64,000 nucleotides of DNA from the NCBI GenBank assembly GCA_965285935.1, contig OZ260666.1, forward strand, positions 3,596,001 to 3,660,000, read 5' to 3'. A program made the position numbers and the translations under genes. This document shows positions 36,355-49,949 of the stretch, piece after piece. The notes below the pieces were generated by a model, which searched no databases, was not told where the DNA came from, and was given only the letters and a program-made list of their open reading frames with translations. The stretch comes from Ophelia neglecta. Lineage: Eukaryota. Position 1 is the first letter of the stretch. Every line of letters begins with the position of its first letter.

Positions 36355-39149
36355 AATGTAGAAAGTATTAGAACCTAATTGCCCCCCCCCCCCCCCATTT
36401 AATTGAGGGAATCTTTTGTACGTTGTTCGACATGTTTTGTGTCTGTAATCTTAAAGACACATTTTAAGAACCCCATCGGCCTATTTTTTGCCTAGGCAGA
36501 ACCTTGACCGGTTACAACGAAACAAATAGGTCCAGTAGTACAGGGGTCCTGAAAATTCCTTCACTTTCTTCCCTGAATAATGCGACATTAGTATTCTCTG
36601 GAAAGAAGGTCTGCGTAATGTAAGTAGTACGGTAAATTGCCTTGAGATGCCCATTTTCGGGAATTTCGTAGTTCGCGAATATTTCCTTGTTTGCCGTAGT
36701 TGTCATTGTTATTAATGGGTCCCTCAAATATTGACGCTCGCAAGTAGCGGTGGTTGAAAACACACTGCGCACTTACGCCGGGGTGGTGATATATTTAGAA
36801 GTGCCATACATTCCGGTAAACCCCTACTTGCTAAGCACTTAATGGGTTTGCTGCCCGATAAAGCCACTTTTGCAAGATGTTCGCTAGAAGTTTAATATTA
36901 CAAAATAACTTGCTGCACACACAAGGAAATAACAGAGGTCCAAAATGCCGGTCCAACTCTTAAGATTATACCTTTAAGGTTGTACATTGAAAGAACCAAA
37001 AACTTGTTAGCTATCAACCTACTCGTACTTTCATAGTTACTGTTAATTGAAGCCTTAACACCATAGTGTATGGCACTCTTAACCTTATCCTCTGAGCGGC
37101 TCTAAACCGGATCAATATTTAGAATAAGAATGTCGCATTAGATTCGGGACAGGCAGATGGTAGGAAAAGCCAATAATGTTTTGTTTCTAAACTGATATAA
37201 TTGTTATTTCTATGCAAAAATACTGGTACCATGTTTGCTGTAAGGGGTGGGGTAGGGGAAGGTAGGACCTCTCCCTTGATTGTAGCTTGCTCTAGAGTGC
37301 AGGCGAATATGAGGGGTAGGTTAGGGCAAGTGAGGGGCCCCGCATTAACTGCAGTTTGATATAGGGCCCAGGAGGAGGTTAGTAAGGGGAAGGAATGATC
37401 CCCAACCCCCACCCACCCCCTAACCCACCCCCTCCCTAACCCCCCGCCCCCACGCCTTCTTCAGCACCACCGGTGGGGCTTTATTTAGTCATACATACCT
37501 AACGTTAACGATACATTAACATGGCTGAATATCATAAATCAACACAAGCAGTGATAACAATGCCTTGCGCAAGGACCTGTTTTAACGAGGCGAAAGGGCA
37601 TCTGTATATGATTATTAACATTAAGGTACATTGCTTTATCTGATAGGCTAAAGTCTGTACCCGGGATATTGTTTTTTGGCGCTGATATCACTTATCTAGG
37701 CGGTGGTTGAAACAACAGTATCGGCGCTTTACATGTTCATGCCTAAATGGAGTATTATGTGTACATTCCATGGCTGCAATGCTCATGATTGTAATTACTT
37801 ATTCCTTCATCATACGTATAAACCTGATACAAACCGATGATATATGTAAACATAAGGTAAGTTGTGTTTAGACAGGCTTATAGGGGGATTTTAAGCTCAC
37901 AAGTACCACGTCATCGCTAACCCTTGCCCATATCACAAAGTATTTCTTATAGCTACGCTTTAAATGTCTCTTTATCTACTACGCTACGCCTTGTCTCGCA
38001 TCTACTGATCGTGGGGACCAGTTTTGTATTAGGTTTTTCAGTATGCAGGTTCTTTTGCTTCCCTAAATTCTGTGTATGGGTGAGCTGGGTAGACATTGCT
38101 GTGTCTGAAATTCCTTATCACAGAAGCTTTACTTTTGTCCTATATGCGTGAGATGGTGTTGGCAAGGGACTTTGACTTTTTTAGCATCATATTGCATACA
38201 CAACATTGGTATTTATCTCGGTCTACCTGGGTGTGAAATTATAGTATAGACCGAACTGCAATAATATTTGACACAAGACTATTTTCACTTTATTAAGTAC
38301 ATGTCAAGTCGGGTTCAAGCACACATTGAATGACGTTATCTTGACACAGTTATATAGCTTTCACTATTCCCATTGTAGGCCCGTATATTACCTTGAAAAA
38401 ATGTACGCAAACAACATAAACTTTACCGTGCACTTATAGCAAGCGCTGTGTGGTTCACATTTAGTATTTACCCTTCTGTTCCCCTCTCCCTTTATTCGTC
38501 CCCTGCTACCTGTCCTGCGTTAGGTTTCACTCTACAATCCCTGCCTTCGATCGCAATCCTCTCAGTCTTCGCTCTATTTCAATCTATCTGCCCTGTGATT
38601 TGTCTACTCTATAACTCCTAAAGCCATCGGCACACCATGCACAATCTAGACCCTATCTACCCTGCCCTCTCAATCTAACTACCCTGCATTGCATTTCAAT
38701 GTAGCTGCCATGTGATCTAGCTCAATTTACCTACCCCCTACATTTTGGTTGAATGGACATTCTTTGCATCCAGTGACATCTCATAATTTACCTTAATTCA
38801 CTTGACCCTCCATGCCCTACACGCATTCTGAAATAAGTTAACTTTCTATCGTGCAAACGATATGTATTTAAGATGGCTTAAATGTAGAACACAATAGATA
38901 ATTGCATATTTTTACTATAAAGAATTTTTGTGACTTTTCCTTTTAACTAAATAATGGTTTGCAACGGGGTTTAAACCCTGAAAAAGCATTTTACTTTGAT
39001 GTTGGAAGTTGACAAGTTCAATAATCCAATTAACGTAATACCTGAACTATTAAAGAAAACAAAGAAAGGAAAACTTTGAAGAAAAGTCCTTAGTAGCTAA
39101 CAAATAAGTCCGTGGCCATATCATCAATTTTCTATTGCCGTCGGTGGTA
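36355..39149 (+). repeat. Intergenic block duplicated at ~61355-64000
   Basis: Collinear similarity throughout; window end cgtggccatatcatcaat...gtcggtggta matches 39111-39149. Contains a decayed LINE-like motif (NSVYGELGR) near 38070. Confidence 0.9.
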
Positions 39150-40087
39150 AAATTATGGAACCGTGCTAGTGAGTGGAGTTTGCAGTTGTTTATTCAAGGT
39201 GCAACATCTAGCAATCAAGAACTATCTAAGAAGTTGGTAACCTGATAGTTTGAGTTGTCAAGCTCACATTTCAACCCATATCTTCCATTGCTTTGTTTCT
39301 TTCATTTAATCTCGAACAATTATCACGCTGGGTTAATCAGGACTATTAGGGCCATCTAGGGCCAAATGAGATGTGCATCAAAGAATTTAGCTCTTATAGA
39401 AATATACTAAACTAAGTGATTTGTGATGAAGGACCCTCCGTCTAAATATGTATGCTAATGGTATAGATGTTCCCGTTATTTCTCATAATACAATTGTTAT
39501 AAAATTGCTAAGCAGTTTAAGAAATCTGTTAGTCTGAAAGTCTTACATTTAAGTCTTTTTTATTTACCCTGTCAAGAAAAGGATTATTAAGCAGACCTTG
39601 AAGCTTGCCGACTTCTCTTATTAAACATCAGCTACATTAGATTTTATATACATACTATTTATACTATATACTAAATATACTACTTATAGAATTACAGGTA
39701 CAACGTGACACCTGTGGATTCTACCAATCTTAAACTGTGCAGCTTATTAGCAATCATAAACTAATAAAACTAGTTGCATGTACAAGTAAACTCCTAGAAT
39801 GAAAATTCCGTGTACGAAAACACGGGAACGAATAGTTCCACGGCCTTTTGGGGACTGAATAATTATTTATTTAGGGATTTCAGGCCTTCAGCTTTTTACG
39901 GTTCTAGCTATGTTATTTAATAAGATGAACTTATTCATGATCAGAGAGTCTGTTTAACCTTACTAATATTCTAATATTCCCGTTTTAACATGTACTTCTT
40001 TGGGTTATTTCACAGGAAGAGAACAACAGGGACCGCAGCTGCATTCGTCGAGGGATGTGTGTTCAATTTACTAACTAAAAACAAATA

Positions 40088-43000
40088 ATGACATATAATA
40101 TATCAAAGACACCGGTGATCCCCGCAGTCTTATGCTTGTTTATACTGCCACTCCCATATATCGCCGCCTCGTCAAAAAGCGAAGGTAGGTTCACTGTTAA
40201 CAATTTTCACTCGTAACATACGAATATTTGTTTCCTGATAAGCCTTTGGGGGGGGGGGGGGGGAGGGCAATAATACCTAAAACTATAATACTGGAACAAA
40301 TTCAATACAAACCAAATGTGTTGGCTTATCCTACATTGCCTATTTATCCCTTAGGGTTATTAGGCAAAAAGAAAATCACAAGTCCAACGATTTTGGCTTT
40401 CACTGTCTAACATTCCGTTTGCTAGCACAATGCGCCGGTCATCCCTGACTACAGATAACCGACAGATCCAATGGACGTTCTCTTTTTAATATAACGCTGT
40501 GCGGTGCAATTGTTTCCTTTTGATCCTCATTCTTAACATTTTCATGGTCTATTTAAATTTCCAGTATGGCTCAAGCGTCCCGGCCAAGTGTACGCTTGTG
40601 TTGGGTACACTGCTAAACTACTCTGGAACTACAACCACAGCTTGGGAGAGTTTGATTCAGTATACTTCCACAAGGTTCGCCCAGATTGGAGATTCCTGCT
40701 TGGTATGAACTGGGACGGTGAGTTTTCGGTTAACATGCCGAGGGCTAACCTGGTTGAAGGCAGCACTTATGGGCTGTCGTTGGCGGGAATAGTGATGGAA
40801 GACAGCGGAATATATGAAATAGAAGTTTACCTGCAGCGCCCTTCCAAGGTGATTCACAACCAAGCAGAACTAATCGTGCTTATCCCATCAGGTACAGCCA
40901 AAATTTAAAAATTTCGTAACGGCTTACAAACTTAACACGATCATGTTATTATTATTGTTTTATATGTATATATAAACATGCACTCTACATTTGCCTTTGT
41001 GTCTTTCAGCATGCCCCGATCGACACCGATTTCAGCAGCCAGTCATCACAATAAGAGAGGCAATAGGCGGGTCGGGCAATGTAATACACATATATAATAA
41101 CACACTGGAGGTGCCCCGGCCAGTGAATGTCAGCCTCATTGTTGCCATACCAGCAGCCGACCCGCCTGTTACATGTACTATAACCCTGGAGGGAGTCCAC
41201 ATCCATACCTGCGAAGGGGGGTCAGACAATGTGGTTGAATGCGAGAAGAAATTCGCTCTAGGTCAAGGTCAACATCAGACAATAACCCTAAACCTGACCT
41301 TCATAGCCTACGAACCCAGCATTACAACACTTCATGTGTACACCAAACCAGGTATGCGGACTTCATTGAAGATAATATTTTGTTATGACCAAGTCGAGAA
41401 CTCACCGGGTCACCCATGTTATTATTGGCAGGGCGAGTGACATGATAATCCGACGGCCATCCAATCTCCTTAATACTAGACACACCCTTGTAACATCATC
41501 TTGACTATATCAATGATTTTGCATTGACAAACTCTTGCGAATGAGTGAAACAAAGTTAAATGAGTATGCGCGTTCTTAATGACCCCTAGCTCGGCCTCTT
41601 ATAGGTTATAGTTCAGCCTTACCAATGAAGGAAGCCTATCACACAACATTATTAAGCGCAATATGAGTATGAGGAGAGGGTATAAAAACCAATCAAGATC
41701 AAAGGTTTTACCAACTATAGAGATATGTCTATGGGCAAGATAGAATTTGAGTCTAATCATGATATAGTTATGTCCATTAACGATCACAAGGTGTCAAATC
41801 AAGCCATAATTACACATTCATTTTAAATAGTCCGCTATTTGTTGGCATATGCGGCTTTAAATACAAGCCAGGCTTTTGCCCGGCATGTTTTGTAATTTTT
41901 TTCGCATCTTTTAAAATAACCTATTTTTTATAATCACATGTCAGTCGCCCCAGATGGCCCTAGATATGACCAAGCGTCAACACAACACCTGGATACGGAT
42001 TCCTCAGTATCAACACCAACCACGGTGCTCTTATGGTCTAGCACTGTGACCCAGCAAGAGAATACTACTTCAGCCAACGAGACAGCTTATTGGTTGGACA
42101 CCAGAGGGCGCAGTATGACGACAGGGGAGGTGTCAGTTATCGCGATCTGTGCCATAGCGCCCCTTTCAATTCTGGGTGTGACCGTAGTTATGTACGTTAT
42201 ATGGAATCGTCACAGAACGGAAAAAGGACATCAGTCTAAGGTAATTATGCCTCCACTAGCGCAATAGTTAAGTTTGAGTTTCACAGCTGTGGCTTTATTT
42301 GCAGTCACGCTAATAAAACATAACATGAAAATTCCAAGTCTTTTTAAATCAAAAGTCCGCTTTTATTTTTCGGTTATCAAACTGATTTTCAATCACTGGT
42401 CTAACCAAAACTAGTCAGCATCTACTTTTTCCATAAATAACATAAATACTGTGACCTAGTCCTAGGTGAGAAATGTTAACGACCTGTCCGATCGTAAACA
42501 AAGAGCAGACACAATAAGTTTATCGCTATGGGCAGTCATTTTGAAGTTGTCTTGTTTACTGTAAACCAAGAAATATTCACTAACAGGAAAACTTTCCTTA
42601 TCTGAATAATTCTAAGTAGTGACTTCCTGTGAAACAAGCTACAGAAGGAGATAGCAAAGAGGCAACTTCCACGAGCAGGAAATATTTGTTATGATCGCGA
42701 AATTTTCATGGTCGCGATATTTTTGTGATTTTAAAAACGCCCATAGCACGAAACATGGACCATGAAAGTACCATCTTAGACAGTTTATGTGATATTGGAC
42801 ATCCTTTATCCGTTTAAACTTAATGCAATTATATTTTTAGCAGGACGCCGATTATGGAGATGGGGTAAATTGTCGACATCCAGATAAAAACGCCCTATCT
42901 ATGTCTACTACTGAAACTACTGAGGAGCCTGGCAGCCCACCACAAGCCCCGCCACATCACTCGGCTCGAACAAACACGTCTGAGAGAAATCCGCCTGACG

Positions 43001-46000
43001 TCAATGTAACAAATGACAGTATACAACCAGCCCACTCGTCTTATGAAAACGAGACACCACCGACAGTCCCACTTCTCAGCAACGATACCCCTGAACAATC
43101 AAATGTAGAAATAGACAGGGAAACCCCTGACTTATTAGTGAGTAATTCATTTTTAAATATTCAACCAATAAACAGATTAATTGTAGTTGCTAGCGAACAC
43201 ATGCATTACTTCAATTAACTTCTCGTGGTAACGTGTGCATTAACAATATTGGGATGCGATGTTGGTGTAATGGTGGGACGATAAACAAAGAGCAGACACA
43301 ATAAGTTTATCGCAATGGCCAGTCTTTTTGAAGTTGTCTCGTTTACTGTAAACCAATAAATATTCACTAACAGGAAAACTTTCCTGATCAGATTTCACCA
43401 TATATCGCTTACATGCAATTTTGTGACTGAATAATTCTAAGTAGTGACTTCCTGTGAAACATAAGGTACAGAAGGAGAAAGCAATGAGGCAACTTCCACG
43501 AGCAGGTAATATTTGTTATGATCGCAAAATTTACATGGTCGCGATAATTTTGTGATTTTTCAATCACTGGTCTAACCAAAACTAGTCAGCATCTACTTTT
43601 TCCATAAATAACATAAATACTGTGACCTAGTCCTAGGTGAGAAGTGTTAACGACCTGTCCGATCGTAAACAAAGAGCAGACACAATAAGTTTATCGCTAT
43701 GGGCAGTCATTTTGAAGTTGTCTTGTTTACTGTAAACCAAGAAATATTCACTAACAGGAAAACTTTCCTTATCAGATTTCACCATATATTGCTTACATGC
43801 AATTTTGTGACTGAATAATTCTAAGTAGTGACTTCCTGTGAAACAAGCTACAGAAGGAGATAGCAAAGAGGCAACTTCCACGAGCAGGACATATTTGTTA
43901 TGATTGCAAAATTTTCATGGTCGCGATATTTTTATGATTTTAAAAACGCCCATAGCACGAAACATGGACCATGAAAGTACCATCTTAGACACTTTATGTG
44001 ATATTGGACATCCTTTATCCGTTTAAACTTAATGCAATTATATTTCAGCAGGACGCCGATTATGGAGATGGGGTAAATTGTCGACACCCAGATAAAAACG
44101 CCCTATCTATGTCTACTACTGAAACTACTGAGGAGCCTGGCAGCCCACCACAAGCCCCGCCACATCACTCGGCTCGAACAAACACGTCTGAGAGAAATCC
44201 GCCTGACGTCAACGTAACAAATGACAGAATACAGCCAGCCCACTTGTCTTATGAAAACGAGACACCACCGACAGTCCCACTTCTCAGCAACGATACCCCT
44301 GAACAATCAAATGTAGAAATAGACAGGGAAACCCCTGACTTATTAGTGAGTAATTCATTTTTAAATATTCAACCAATAAACAGATTAATTGTAGTTGCTA
44401 GCGAACACATGCATTACTTCATTTAACTTCTCGTGGTAACGTGTGCATTAACAATATTGGGATGCGATGTTGGTGTAATGGTGGGACGATAAACAAAGAG
44501 CAGACACAATAAGTTTATCGCTATGGGCAGTCATTTTGAAGTTGTCTCGTTTACTGTAAACCAAGAAATATTCATTAACAGGAAAACTTTCCTGATCAGA
44601 TTTCACCATATATCGCTTACATGCAATTTTGTGACTGAATAATTCTAAGTAGTGACTTCCTGTGAAACATAAGCTACAGAAGGAGATAGCAAAGAGGCAA
44701 CTTCCACGAGCAGGAAATATTTGTTATGATTGCAAAATTTTCATGGTCGCGATATTTTTATGATTTTAAAAACGCCCATAGCACGAAACATGGACCATGA
44801 AAGTACCATCTTAGACAGTTTATGTGATATTGGACATCCTTTATCCGTTTAAACTTAATGCAATTATATTTCAGCAGGACGCCGATGATGGACAAGGGGT
44901 AAATTGTCGACACCCAGATGAGGACGTCATATCTATGTCTACTACTGAAGAGCCTGGCAGCCCACCACGAGCCCCGCCACGTCACTCGGCTCGAACAAAC
45001 ACGTCTGAGAGAAATCCGCCTGAGGTCAACGTAACAAATGACAGTATACAACCAGCCCACTTGTCTTGTGACAACGAGACACCACCGACAGTCCCACTTC
45101 TCAGCAACGATACCCCGGAACAATCAAACGTAGAAATAGACAGGGAAACCCCTGACTTGTTAGTGAGTAATTCATTTTTAAATATTCAATCAATAAACAG
45201 ATTAATTGTAGTTGCTAGCGAACACATGCATTACTTCATTTAACTTCTCGTGGTAACGTGTGCATTAACAATATTGGGATGCGATATTGGTGTAATGGTG
45301 GGACGATGAACGAACAGCTGCATAGAATTTGGAAAAATGTCTTGGATGAAAATTAATAATTACTAAATTAAGAATAAAGAATGTATCGGCTGGACGCTGC
45401 CAGCTGACCAACACATTAAATTCAAACAAAAGACTAGTATAAAAGGCGCAGGCAACACCAGAGCTCGTGTTATGGTTATGAAAAACGAACGTAAGCGTGA
45501 AATTCCACCATTCTTTCGGTCCCTGATAAATATAACGTATTAGAATGCATCTAAAAAAAGTTAGCAAGACAAATGTGAAGCCAGCCCTTTAACAACAAAG
45601 TGAGCACCATTAAGATGCAACTACAGTAAGTGAACCAATTTGACAAATGTAGAAGATATTGAGCACCTTTCCTTTCGATATTGAGGGACACCTGTTTGGC
45701 GGGACAGTACCATAAACATCGTCAGGAGTTTATGCACTGTTGTTAAACCCTGCGTGTCTATATTAGATCAAAAGGTCATAATTATTATTGAGTCTGTCTA
45801 TTTTCTACAGGTAAAAGAATTTGCAAGACAACCAGAACATGGTATAGGCGAACAACACCCAACAGAAACGACAACTCCTTCCAATTCCAGCCTGAAAGAT
45901 TATCCGTCCCTGTTTGATTCCCTGTCAAAAGGTCATCTGACTCCACCAGATACCGTAACGGGACTGATACAGCAGAAGTCCTTGCCAGAACATTCTTCGT

Positions 46001-47313
46001 ACGGGTCAGATACAGAGGCAGGGGATCATCCGTCCAAATTAGATAACGAACTGGGAAAAGGAAGTGCGCTCCATTTAGGTTCAGAGTCAGGAAGTCACAC
46101 GTCTCAGCCATCTTGTTTGCCTCCGTCGAGTTCCGCATCAGAAGGCCGTTCGTCCCATTTGAAATCCTTGAAGGGGGGTCGAACATATCTGTCAAATTCC
46201 GTGCGAGGAGAATGTACATCTCAGCCGGCTTTAAGACAAGAAGATCGCCCGAACAAGCCAGTTTCTAGGCAAAAACGTCGTCCGGAAGATCGTCCGTTAC
46301 AGTCAGATTCAGGAAATGGAGATCATCAGTCACTGACGGGGTCAGGATCAGGGGATCGTCCATCACAGCCAGGGTCAGTAGCAGGGGACCGTGCGTCACA
46401 GCCAGGTTTGGGACCAGGGAACCGTGCATCACAAACATGTTTAGGACCAAAAGATCGTTCGTTCAATCCAAGTTCAGTGGCAGAATATCGTCAGACAAAA
46501 CCAGCTACAAGCCAACGAGTCGCGACACACCTATGGTCAGCAACAGGAGACTGTCCGTCACCAACAGGGTCAGGATTAGGCGATAATCAGTCACGGGAAG
46601 GTTTCAGACAGGGAGAGCTTGCGCCACAGCCAGGGTTAGAACAAGGAGATTGCCCGTCACAGTCAGGATCAAGCCCAGGGGATGCAACGTCACAGCCAGG
46701 TTCAGGACCAGGAGATCATGCTTCACAGCCTGGGTCAGCACAAGGAGATACTTCGTCAAAACAAGGTCCGAGATTAGGAAATCAATCCTCACAGCCAGGT
46801 TTAGGAACAGGAAATCGTTCGTCACAGCCAGAGTCAGGGTTATACGTCTGTCCTTCAGAGACAAGCGCAGGACCAGGAGAGAATCCTGTGTCAAGGTCAG
46901 GTTTAGAGCAAAAAACTAGTCCGCCACAGCAACCGTCAGGACTAGAAGATCTTCGCTCCAGGCCGTTTGCAGGACAAGAAGTCCGCCAGCCACAGCCAGT
47001 TTCAGGATCAGGCGGCCGTCCGTCTATGTCGGATTCTTATCCCGGAAAGGATCCATCCCAATCGAAATCCAAATCAGAAGAATGTCCATTTGTACGATCG
47101 GTTACTACGAAGGATGCAGCCATGGGCGGCATATTAGCACACCGCATCTCATTCATTGCCAAGAAGCCTCCAGGAGCCCCTAATCAAGATAAGGTTATTG
47201 AAATGCTACCACAAGACCCTTCTTCGACTGACACGGATATTCCCACCACTATCAATACTTCTCCAACAGCCCCAGGTAAAACAGAAGGTTTGTTAACGGT
47301 TAGTAAAGAATAA
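40088..47313 (+). CDS. Gene E: type-I receptor with Cys-less V-like domain, second beta-rich domain, Ser/Thr stalk, TM and long low-complexity tail (~1148 aa if all exons are used)
   Basis: 40088-40184 signal (PAVLCLFILPLPYIAA); 40565-40891 (GYTAKLLWNY...EDSGIYEIEV); 41010-41351; 41945-42240 stalk+TM (VSVIAICAIAPLSILGVTVVMYVIW); phase-0 exons 42841-43137, 44049-44345, 44875-45162; 45811-47313 G/S/P/Q-rich. Phases are compatible. Confidence 0.72.
42390..45306 (+). repeat. Recent tandem array of ~0.8-1.2 kb units, each carrying a ~297-nt coding exon
   Basis: Near-identical introns and exons; exon starts are 1208 and 826 bp apart. Confidence 0.93.
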
Positions 47314-47368
47314 GTAAGCTTTAGGGAACAAGACCCTTTGATCACGGACACGACCACACAACGCCCAG

Positions 47369-47990
47369 ATGAGCATTAACCCGGGAGATGAACTGAAAGT
47401 ATTCAACCATGAAGTCTTGTCCCTAGCTCACCTTGCCTGCATACATGGCGAAATCCCAGCCATTGGAAAAAAAACTGTAGGAATACAGGTACCGACGTTA
47501 ACGCTATGGAAACGCTTGGTTACACCCCGCTGGATTTGGCAGCAACCCACGGACATTCAAACGTAGTGGAATATCTTATGAAAATAGGAGCTAATGTGGA
47601 TCTCTCCTCGACAGACGCATTTACTCCATTACACTTGGCGTCGAGTGAAGGTCACCTAGAGGTCGTTGATGTGCTTTGTCTGGCGGGAGCAAATCTTTAT
47701 ACAGAAAGTCAAAGATTTACTCCCATCGGAATTGCCTCGGCGAAGGGACACCTACAGGCTTAATCAAAAAAGGAGCTGATTTGATTCGTGCTGGTATTGG
47801 GGGTAATACCCCTTTACAGCTTGTTACCAAGGAAGGTCTTGGAGAGGTTGTTTGCCTTTTACACAATTCGGGTGCCGATATGATTAAACTCAACCAGAAC
47901 AAAAGCTCAGCTTTGGACATCACTTTAGAAAGGAGTCATAATGACATTTTTGAATTTCTCTCTGCCAAGGGGGCTGTTGCAAATGTTTAG
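47369..47990 (+). pseudogene. Six ankyrin repeats broken by frameshifts, directly downstream of gene E's stop
   Basis: LAHLACIHGE / TPLDLAATHGHSNVVEYLMKIGANVD / TPLHLASSEGHLEVVDVLCLAGAN / TPIGIASAKGH / TPLQLVTKEG / SALDITLERSHNDIFEFL, spread over three ORF segments; shifts near 47470 (A-run) and 47760. Confidence 0.85.
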
Positions 47991-49949
47991 GTTTCATGGA
48001 ATTTACCGGAGAATCTTTCATGATTATGATCATTAGCACAAATATAATATACCCAATTAAATTATTTTCAATAGTTGAATGAATCATTCTCTAGTTTAAA
48101 ATACATAACTAAACTCCGAAGATAGTTTCCTTCGTTAGACCTGTTATATCTATAACTACTCCAACAAACCAGCCCGATGGGTTAACTCCATAGAAATAAC
48201 ACATATACAACAGTAATTATTGTTTTTCTATGGTTATTAGCACCAGATTTTATTATTATTTGTATGAAGCTACTAAGCGATACACCATAATGCTGTAAAA
48301 ATACCATTGCGCACCATGTACTCTAGATATGATCTCTAGGTAATTTTGCAATAAATATGTCATCTTTGACTGATCATCAGTTTATTACTAAATTGTTCAA
48401 CCTATATTATTTTATATGAAGAACACAGCTGTTTACAAGTTAGTTTGTCTTCTTCTACATGTATTTTTCTCTCGTATGGAAACACTCTATTGTTTAAGCT
48501 TTAACTAGTATGTGGTAATATTCATTTAAGTATACTTATATAAAACGTGAACTAACATTCATCGACTGATGAATTAATTATGCCTTGAATGACTAATTAT
48601 GCCATGAATGTACTCAATTTATGTATAGAAACTGTGTGTATCATTGTAAGATGATTACAAACATTGCTGTTAATCTCACCACAATATGGAATCTTTGTCG
48701 TTGGTAGACTTTTCTTTGCTGCTGTATGAATACAATGATGATTACGTGAGTAGACTCATTGCCCCCGCATTGTAAAGCGCGGATTGCCGACACGTTTAGA
48801 AATAGTGACGCGCATGATGCCGGAATCGAAACGACAGAACTAAAAATTTATGCAACATTGAAACTTAATTTTACCAAAGAATGTAGTAACTCTATATTCT
48901 AAACTTGCTTAACAATTATCCGCATTTTTTCCGAAGACGTCGCATTTATACTCTGCCGTAAGCATGCCAATGATATATATGATGGCTTTGGCCATAGATT
49001 TCCTTACTTGGTATTCTTTCGTTCGGCATTAAGCTGCTAGTATTAACAACGCCTTCAAGAGTTATACATTTTAAATATTTTATAGCGCAGAGTTATTTCA
49101 ATTATTTGTGACAGAAAACATGCGACTTTAACATTGTCTATGTGTCGAAACTATGCGCTTGAAATATGAGAATTTGTTGATCGAGCATTTCTGATTTAAA
49201 TCATCGAAATTATTTATAGGCCCACTCGATAGAGCAGTAGTTATTTTAAGGTATTTGTTTGCATTGATTAACACCGCTATCAAATAAAATAACAAACGGC
49301 AACTTCTTTAGAAGTGATATAATATCATCCTTTTTATGTTTTTCCAGTAATATAATACATAAAAATGATTCAAAACAGTATCATAGCAAACATAAAATCA
49401 ACTTTAAACATATTTAAACAAGAGAAAACGCAATATATTGTCTAAGCACAATAATGTAAAATGAAACAAAAATGTACAACACAACTTTTCAAATAAATGT
49501 AATTTCCCATTAATATTATTGGTAAATGCCTCTTATAAATACAATAGTAATTTTTCTGAATATTTTTCTCTTTCATCCAGAAAGATGATGTATTAGTGTT
49601 CCCCGTAGTTGAACTTACTTATTGATTTTATTTTATATATATGATTTAACCAAATTACTTATTCTAAGCTTGGCAATATGTATTCACATGTTATTTTATG
49701 CAAATCTATACCTTCTGAGTCTATTTCGTCTCTTTCAATTCAATTTCATTGCCCAAAAATAGAACAAATATTATGACAAACTCCCAAAGTAATATATATA
49801 TATATAATATTCAAATATTATAATACACCGGAAAAATGCTACATGATATGTTTTTAAATATATAGAATATATTAATCAGAAGGACAAGAAAACAATGGCT
49901 TTTAGGTCCTCAATAAATGCGGCAATATTCATTTCAAGCAGAGTTGAAA

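Noticed and set aside
36512-38151. ORFs conserved with 61509-63149
   Set aside because: Similarity is explained by recent DNA duplication; starts, stops and frames differ between copies and there is no domain signal.
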